From Amphiscolops sp. MND2022 (taxonomy: Eukaryota), in the NCBI GenBank assembly GCA_964187785.1, contig OZ076409.1, positions 59,150,001 to 59,214,000 on the forward strand: a DNA stretch of 64,000 nt. Reading direction: 5' to 3'. Made by a program: the position numbers and the translations under genes. The notes under the pieces are model-generated. The model did no database searches and was not told the DNA's origin. It saw only the letters and a list, made by a program, of their open reading frames with translations. Below are positions 52,262 through 64,000 of the stretch, in pieces. Within the stretch, counting starts at the first letter, position 1. Each line of letters opens with the position of its first letter.

Positions 52262-52648
52262 CGGTAATAAGTTCGAACGCAAAAGTTTGACTTTTAGTTT
52301 CGAATGGTCCAAGTTCTAATTTTCCAAAAAGCAGAACAAGTTCGAATCACTGTTTTCGAATTTTGAACTAAGTATAAAACGTGCCTCTTATATTTCCCCA
52401 TTTCATCTACTGCCCCGCGGCCCCTTGGAGACGCTTTTGTTCCCATCTTGCTAAGTGAGGGCGAGCGTGCATACACCGGATATGCACCATATTTCAGTTT
52501 TTAGATTCCTGCAGATCCTAGGCGGTGGAGCTCTCAGGATCTTGTGTGATGTCGATATGAAAATTGGAACTTGGTGTCTCGAAACTATTCCATTCGAACT
52601 TATTGCACTAGTCCAAATTCAAACTTAGTAAAACGAACTTATTGCCCG
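52262..52648. mobile_element. MITE-like element
   Basis: Inverted termini CGGTAATAAGTTCG / CGAACTTATTGCCCG and a shared internal module at ~52376-52490. Confidence 0.55.
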
Positions 52649-52909
52649 AAGCCATTTTGGGTCAGAATTCTCAGGCAGACCAGAAAATCTAACTTGACAC
52701 TTGTACTCATCTTTTGGAATACTTTCCTTCATGATGTTGCTTTCCTTGTTTGAGCTTTCGAGATGATGAATTTCAGGTACTAAAGTGTTAATGAGCTTTT
52801 CAGGTTGTGGGGTAAATTCGAATTTTGCACTCTGAGCTTCGTTACATGCTTAACAGTACCAGTAGCATTCAGACAATTTTCCCATCATTTCAACAATGTT
52901 TGCATTGGG

Positions 52910-53342
52910 AACAGGATGTTTCGGCAAAAAAACTCGAGACGTTTCGGCAAATTTTTCATGCCGAAACGTCCCGTGTTATCTTGGTTTTGTTTTTGGTTTT
53001 CTACAAACTGGCATTCTACAAACTGGACCTAACCAGTTTGTAGAAAACCAAAAACAAAACCAAGATAACACGGGACGTTTCGGCATTAAAAGCTTGCCGG
53101 AACGTCTCGAGTTTTTTGCCAAAACGTCCTGTTTTATAGGGGGCATATCCGAGGCACGTTTTAAGCTTTGCATCATTCCTACAATAATGGTCTTATCGTT
53201 TTTCTACAAAATTCCAGAATTCTACAAACTGGTGTTCTACAAACTGGACCTAACCAGTTTGTAGAATTCTGGAATTTTGTAGAAAAACGGTAAGACCATT
53301 AATGTATGAATGATGCAAAGCATAAAACGTGCCTCGGATATG
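52910..53342. repeat. Two adjacent long hairpins (52910-53133 and 53144-53342)
   Basis: Each is a near-perfect inverted repeat around the core TTCTACAAACTGGACCTAACCAGTTTGTAGAA. Confidence 0.85.
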
Positions 53343-54168
53343 ACAGGCATTTCCTCCTCATTTCCTCTAGTGCCCTGCGGCCCCTTGGGGCCGCTTATTT
53401 TCCCATCTTGCTAAGCGAGGTCGAACAGGAGCAAAGACTTAGCGGGAACGAAGATCGCGAAACGATCGTAGTGGGAGCTGGTCTTTGCGACGGTGAGGGC
53501 GAGCGTGGATACACAACATATGCCCCACATTATGATATTTCCGGGAGTTGACATATTTATTCCTTGAGTTGGAATGGAGTTGGCCTAATTTTGTGGTCAC
53601 TTGGCTTAAAATTTTCAAGCCAAATGACTCCAAAAAAATGGGTGGCTGTAAATAGGTCGAATTTTTCTGGTCGAAAGGACAGAGGTCGAACCTTTTGATC
53701 AAATTGCAAGGATCGAATGGAATGCGGTTGAATTTTATCGTATTTATCGTATTTATCGCTTCGCTCCCTTCGCCAAGTAGCAACATTGAGGCATGGCCAT
53801 ATGGCACGTCGCTCCGCTTCGCTTCGCTCCTGCATTCAGGGCACTAGGGGTGTGTGAACATATCTGACTACGTTATAAAAATTTTGATCCGAGTTGTTCT
53901 GATCCCATTCAAAATTTTGGTATGTCGACCTGAGGACTAACTGATTTTCGATCCCGTTCCTTCGACCTATTCGCGCCCAACCGAAACCATTAGGCCAAAT
54001 GGTATTAAGCCATGTGACTGGTAACCTCCCGCGGCCCCTTGGAGCCGCTTATATTCCCATCTTGCTTTGCGAGGCCGAACAGGATAAAGGACGTAGCGGG
54101 AACGGGAATTGCGAAGCGATCGTAGTGTGAGCTGGTCTTTGCGACGGTGGGGGCGATCGTGAGGGCGA

Positions 54169-57773
<3,605 letters not shown>

Positions 57774-57833
57774 CATACACCGCATTTGCCCCACATATCA
57801 TACGAAACGTTTCGGCAAATGTTTTTAGCCTGA

Positions 57834-59150
57834 AGATATCTAGCAACCTTACAGTCAAGATAACAAACATTTGCACCGATGAACTGGCCAACCTTGCTAC
57901 GGGTGCACCGACGAGGGGACACGTACCTGTATGGGCAACCCTCCTTGGTAGGAAGTCCAGAAAGGCAAATCCTGTAGTCGAGAAACTGGATCTTCAATCG
58001 ATGATTTGGCTCAATTGGACGACAGAAACAGAGGAGCAATTAGCAAAGGGTATCGAAGATTCGAAAAACGAAGCTGAATGCTACAAGCTGTGGGACTAAT
58101 TTCGGTTGGTCATTGAAACCTCAACTATAGGAGGTGGAAGGAAGTTTTTGAGAATACCAGGAAGAAGGCTATAGAAGATCACTTATTACAGGAAACGTCC
58201 AAACTCAACCGAACACAAGCAGAGGGTTTCTGGAGGCAGTTGAAGCGTATGACGAAATCTAATACAAGCAATCAAATTGAATCACTCTGGAACGAACGGA
58301 AAGAAATACTGTCAGGAAATGTAGAAATTGAACACGAAATGTTCGAAACGTTTTTCGAAACAAAACACATAAAGCAGAACGAGAAAGACTTCGACGAAGA
58401 CTTCTTCATGGAAACCAATAGTCGATACGAGGACCTGAAGTTGAATGACTTTAAAGGCTTAGAAGAAACTATTAGTGACTTGAACGACACGATAACAGAA
58501 AGTGAAGTTTCGCGAGCCCTCCGAAAGTACAAATGCAACGCAAAAAGCTTCGATAATGCTGGTTTCCATCCCTCGATGCTGAGGAGGTTGGGCGCGAATG
58601 CTATACAGGCACTAACGCATTTATTCAATGGATGCCTCGAAACAGGCTCATGGGTATGGCATGCAGCGAAAATAATATTTTTTAGAAAGGTAAGTAAAAC
58701 CTCATATGCAAGTGCCGGCGCATACCGGCCGATTTCCAAAACTCCTTTCGTTGGAAAAGAGCTTGAGAAAAAATTAACGGAACGATTAGCCAAACACTTA
58801 AATCGAGTCAATGTGTGGGACAAAAATCAAGAAGGGTTCTCCAAGAACAAAAACACTATCCGGTATCTTAACAGGTTAGTGAATCAGATAAAGGACGAGA
58901 AACAAAGCAAAAGGGAGACGGTATGCCCCTTCAACGACTTCGAGAAGGCCTATGACTCGGTATGGAAGAAGGGCTTAGCTGTCAAGTTGTGGGTAAAAGG
59001 AGTAACGGGGAAGTTTATGAACCTCTTGGACAGCTTCATGAACAATAGGGAGATACAGCTGCAAGTAAACGAAATGAAGGGCCCCAACCGAGAATGTGGG
59101 GAATACGGGCTCAGTTAAGTAGGCAGTAAAAGAAATCATCATCATCATCA
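57834..59150 (+). mobile_element. 5'-truncated, internally deleted LINE with (ATC)n tail and 11-bp TSD
   Basis: ORF 58240-59118 (AYRPISKT..GKELEK, DFEKAYDSVW). TTTTAGCCTGA is present at 57823-57833 and 59151-59161. Confidence 0.82.
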
Positions 59151-59535
59151 TTTTAGCCTGAGACGTTTCGGCATATTTTTTGCCGAAACGTCCGCCATGT
59201 TTTTGCCGAAACGTCCGGAATACTTTGCATTCACCCCGAGACACTTTCCATGAATGTATTTTGAACACTTGTCACAGCAAAGTTTACCACAACAATTGGG
59301 CAATCGAAACTGTGAAATTAAAGGATTTTCCTCATCAAAATGAGGTAAATCCTTTAATTTCATAGTTTCGATGCTAATTCAATTAATTTATGAGCTAACA
59401 TGATTCATAAGATTGTTCGTTTTAGACTACACGTATGGCCTAAATATGTGAGATCTGATCGTTGTTTCTAAATGGTTAATATGATGACGATGGGGATCCT
59501 GGCTATTCGGCATATCATAGACAGATAATTTGATC

Positions 59536-60033
59536 ATGTCCGTGTATTTTAAAAGTGCCTGTGAAAGTTTTCTTTCCGCTGCAAGACACGGCAGTGTCGA
59601 CGAGGCCAAAGCCGCTTTGCAAGAAGTTCCGCCTAATAAATGGGCGCATGTTATCAATATACCAGGTGACTCAAAGTCGAATAAAAGCTGGAGTGCTCTC
59701 CAATTAGCGTCCTATTTTGGTCACGATGAAATGGTAAAGTTTTTGCTCGACGAAGGAGCGGAGGTTGACTATCAGAACGATTGTGGAAATACTGCTCTCC
59801 ATTTGGCTGCGTTCACGAAGAGATGTGAAATTGTTTTGTCGATTATCAACTCTGGTGCTCATGTGTTTCTTGTCAACGGCGAAGGTAAAACTCCGAAAAG
59901 CATGGCTGAAGAGAATGAAGAGATCTTCAAAATACTGGAGCAGACTGAAAAAATCTTCATGATGGAACAGGAGGAAAAGCTGTTCAAGGCGGCCAGAGCC
60001 AACGATGCTGATCAAATTATAGACATATTAAAT
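59536..60033 (+). CDS. OSBPL1A: Oxysterol-binding protein-related protein 1 (ORP1L) homologue, coding exon 1 (ankyrin repeats)
   Basis: AARHG..SKSNKSWSALQLASYFGH..GNTALHLAAFT..VNGEGKT..EEKLFKAAR is colinear with the ORP1L N-terminus. Donor GTAAGT at 60034. Confidence 0.88.
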
Positions 60034-61545
60034 GTAAGTATTCTTTTTACGACCGGTGACATTAGCATTTCAGAAGGTGTATTAGATATCGCGCAGTTTT
60101 TTGTCACTTTTATTATCACAATCAAAATTTTGAAATTTCCTTTGGTTAGAGAATAGTTCATCTCAATATTTTAGTTCAGTTTTTATGGTTTTCAGCTCAA
60201 GTATTTTTCTGGAAGATAATTATGCTTAGAATTGTTTGAGGGGGGCCTATTTTTTACTTTTTTTGTCAAGAAATGATAGTCCAATAGTGGCAACGAATGC
60301 AAAAGTCGAACTTTACCAGCGATCCTAATCGAAAGATAACCTAAAGATTGATTCAAGTTAAGCCGCAAGCTTCCTTTTTGACGACTGTAGAAAGTTTTTT
60401 TTCAAATTGTTTCACTCAATTCTTTTCAAATAGAGCTTAATCAAAAGTTTTTATGTAAATTTGTACAAGTGGAGCAGTTTTACGTAATTTTGTTTCATTG
60501 TTCAAATTTCTTGGCCGGAAAATACTCGTGAATTATCTTTTTTATTAACTATCACAAAAAATGCTTTCCTACAATTTTCAACAACCAATTTCACGAATGT
60601 TTGGTCTCTTTTCAAGTTATTTTTCAATTCCTCTAACGATTGGCGTTAAGTAGAATTGAAAGAAGGTTCTCTTAAAAGCATCCTTTCGCGCCAACAAAAC
60701 TTCAGAATAGCAATCAATACCCTTGACTAGCAGCCAATTCCTTTGGGAAGCAATAAGTTGCCAAAGAACAGTTGCTTCGGTCGTGCGCAAAAGCACTTCG
60801 CCTTTAATTACTTTTATGTGCGTTTCGTTGGTACAGTCTGGTGTGAAGTTTTCTAGTAGTTGCCACTTCGGCAGTTTTGTGTGACCTTGCGGCTAACTAA
60901 GTTACTGGTAGGTAACAAAACAGCCATGACGGTTATAGAGAATCGAGCTTATGACCTTGGGATCCCAAGCATACACCACTCGATGATTACTGCTCTTTTG
61001 TACGTTGATGTGTAAGTTTTTGGTGTCTTTGGTGTGACTGTAATTTGTCTGATGTTTTATTAGTCGATGTTCAATAAAATGACAAACATTGTTGCGCCTA
61101 ATGAGTATGATTTGAAAGTAAGTTAAATGCGAATTCAAGTTATACTGATGAAAAAGGAGTCTGACTTGTAAAACCCAGACTGATGGTCGTGGTATGCCAA
61201 AAATGTTGGGGTGTCATCTGCAGAGCTTTTATGATGGTCATAATGCAAAAAAGGGCCGTGCGTGCTGAAATCCTTTTTTAATGTTGTGACAAATACGAAA
61301 GGAGCCGGTGTTAAAAGGAGGACAAGTTCGAAGAGGGTGTCGTATACGATGGAAGCTGCAGAGCCTCCTTGCAGTGTCATTAACGTCACATAAATAAATA
61401 TTGAAAACCTTGGTAAGTGGGGGAAAGTTTAAAATTACTGCATTTATATCAATGTTAGACATAGCTCGTCCTAAAATGGAAATCTAGCAAATAAATGCAT
61501 GTTAAGGGATACCCTGAATGGTTATAATATTTGGAATGGTTTCAG

Positions 61546-61899
61546 AGTGAGTACCCTCCTTCAATAAATTGCCGTGATGCCAGTGGCAATACGCCTCTAC
61601 ATGTAGCTGCAAATAGAAATAAACATGAAGTTGCCGTCATCTTGCTGCAAAATGGTGCTAATCCTTCTCTGATGAACAACGCCTCGCGGCGACCCGTAGA
61701 TTTAACGACTAAACAAAGCATGCAACGAGTACTCGGAATGATGCCAGTTAACAATGCTCCCAAGGAAGTGCAAAGATTCGAAGGCGAGATCATGAAGCGG
61801 AACATGTTTCTTATGCGACGCTATTGGGTTGTTATGAGCAGGGGTCTCATTTCATTTTACGGATCGAGAAGTGATTCGATCAACAGAGTTAGAAGGAAG
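61546..61899 (+). CDS. OSBPL1A: ORP1L homologue, coding exon 2 (ankyrin repeat and PH domain start); gene continues beyond the window
   Basis: Acceptor TTTCAG ends at 61545 with a phase-0 join. PPSINCRDASGNTPLHVAA..RFEGEIMKR..YWVVMSRGLISFY. Donor GTTAGT at 61900. Confidence 0.88.
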
Positions 61900-61987
61900 G
61901 TTAGTTTTCGATTTTTATTTGATCGAATCTATTTTACTTTTCAGCGTTGATAACGTTGATTTTCTTTAATAGGGTTTCAATCATTTA

Positions 61988-62521
61988 AACAAGACGGGAA
62001 CGTCTAAAGTCGGCGCTATATCTAAAGCTCAAAAAGCGCAAAGTTTTTAAAATTGTAAAAGGGGGACCCTTTCGACTTTTTGAAAATCCAGATTGTTGCA
62101 AAATATCAAAGTTGAAGGGGGACCCTTTGGAGACATTTAAAAAATTCGAAAAACGAAAAATGAGAATTTTGAAAGTCTCACAGTGCCGATAAACTACAAA
62201 GGGGGGACCCTTTGGGCTTTTTGAAACTTCAGTTTGCTGCAAAATATCAAAAAACTTGAAGGGGGACCCTTTGGCGACAAAAAATTCAAAGGGGGTACTC
62301 TATAGTCCCGTCCGGTTTTGTATCTTCCGTTAAAAATTGAGTACACGGAAGGGGGACCCTTTGCACTACCTTAAATGCGTTTCCGCTTGCCTGTCCAGTA
62401 GTTTAGTAGTTCTGTAGAAAAAGTGTCCACTACGCATACATTGTTGTCTGACGAAAAAAAAAGAAAAAAACTTGTAACTGTAATAGTCGGGCTCATTTTG
62501 TTAAAATGCGCCGACTAAAAA
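61988..62521 (-). mobile_element. Non-autonomous Helentron-like element (intronic)
   Basis: AACAAGACGGGAACGTCTAAAGTCGGCGC...GCGCCGACTAAAAA, with hairpin AGACG/CGTCT and asymmetric subterminal inverted repeats. Confidence 0.7.
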
Positions 62522-62647
62522 TGGGTATTAGGTGGATGCATTATATTGGTCATCACTGGTTGGCACTTTTGAGTTTCAACGTGAATTTCAAGGCTGGTTT
62601 AGAAGCTGATCTTGAGGAGTGGTCCGAAAGGGAAGGCCTACACCCAG

Positions 62648-63788
62648 TTTTTTTTAGTCGGCGCTTTTCCATTAAGGGAAAAATGCCCGACTATAGCAGT
62701 GACTGTTTTTAGTCGGCGCGTTTTCCTTTTAAGGAGAAATGCCCGACTATAGCAGTGACCTTTTTTTCAGACTACAATCCTCACACTGATCGGTCCACTT
62801 TTTAGAAACAATCCTGAAACCACCTAAGGCGCCCAGTCCGGCAAAGGGGCCAAGGCAAACTTAGTGCAAAGGGTCCCCCCTTTCATTTTTTACTTTTTCA
62901 AGGTAACCTACAAAACCGGACGGGACTAAAGAGTCCCCCCTTTCGATTTTTTTTCGGCACTGTGCGACTTTTTTCTCGAATTTTTTTTTGTCTCCAAAGG
63001 TTCCCCTTTCATTTTTTCACTTTTTTAACGTAACCTACAAAACCGGCCGAGGCTAAAGGGTCCCCCCTTTTGATTTTTTTTCGGCACTGTGCGACTTTCG
63101 AAAATTTTTTAATGTCCCCAAAGGGTCCCCCCTTTGAGTTTTTTGTTATTTTGCAACAGAATGCATGTTTGGAAATCAAAAAGGGTCCCCTCTTTTACAT
63201 TTTTCGGCACTGTGCGACATTTTCCGAAAGGAATTTTTTTTTGAAAATTTCAAGTTTTTTCCAAAAAAATGTTTTGCGCTTTTTGAGCCTTAGATATAGC
63301 GCCGACTTTAGACGTTCCCGTCTTGTTTTTTCTTCAGACTACAATCCTCACAATGATCGGTCCACTTTTTAGAAACAATCTTGAAACCACCTAAGGCGCC
63401 CAGTCCGGCAAAGGGGCCTAGGCAAACTTAGTGCAAAGGGTCCCCCCTTTCATTTTTTACTACTTTCATTTTTTTCAAGATAACCTACAAAACCGGACGG
63501 GACTAAAGAGTCCCTCCTTTAGAATTTTTTTTCGGCACTGTGCGACTTTTTTTCGAAAATTTTTTTGTCCCCAAAGGGTCCCCCCTCTGAGTTATTTTGC
63601 AACAGAATGCATGTTTGGAAATCAAAAAGGGTCCCCTCTTTTACATTTTTCGGCACTGTGCGACATTTTCCGAAAGAAAAAAATTTTCGAAAATTTCAAG
63701 TTTTTTTCGAAAGTTTTTTTCCAAAAAAAATGTTTTGCGCTTTATGAGCCTTAGATATAGCGCCGACTTTAGACGTTCCCGTCTTGTT
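62648..63788 (+). mobile_element. Tandem non-autonomous Helentron-like elements (intronic)
   Basis: The head TTTTAGTCGGCGC occurs at 62652 and 62707, and the 3' end GCGCCGACTTTAGACGTTCCCGTCTTGTT ends at both 63327 and 63788. Confidence 0.72.
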
Positions 63789-64000
63789 CATGAGAACACC
63801 AGCCGCAGAAAGTCAAAAAATTAAGAACCTTTTAAGAACACTACCGAGGCTCAAATTGGAATTCAATTGAAAACAACTTTAAATTACATCAACAAAATAA
63901 ACTTCAGCACCTACTATTTCAGAAGGACTATTATAGTCAATTGAATTCTTGCAAGGTTTTGTTGTAGTATGCAATTTTTCCTGCGTGCCCAACATACGGA

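Noticed and set aside
60034..60156. C-terminal extension of ORF 59530-60156
   Set aside because: Intron read-through: ORP1L similarity stops at the GTAAGT donor and resumes at 61546.

Overview
Repeat-dominated animal genomic DNA: there are spliceosomal introns and no prokaryotic features. 1-9594 holds decayed Polinton/Maverick (adintovirus-like) sequence with pPolB, penton, a core/pX-like protein, hexon, adenain and two terminal repeats; one element is apparently inserted into the penton gene of another. 12.5-20.3 kb holds a tandem duplication and a decayed Ty3/Gypsy element. The most striking feature is 22145-42465: a ~20 kb element with Polinton-type AGTAGT...ACTACT termini and a perfect 6-bp TSD (TAGGTA), but no recognisable Polinton genes. 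It is one giant foldback palindrome carrying an 84-bp satellite in both arms, a structured apex, and a near-complete LINE inserted in one arm. A 31-nt motif (GCCTAATTGTTGTGATAAACTTATTAAATAG) precedes unrelated sequences, including the 5' ends of two LINEs, and looks like a retrocopied trans-spliced leader. 43-59 kb is a pile-up of LINEs and modular MITE-like repeats. 59.5-61.9 kb holds the first two coding exons of an OSBPL1A/ORP1L homologue, with Helentron-like non-autonomous elements in intron 2. Calls come from motif reading only; no database searches were run.
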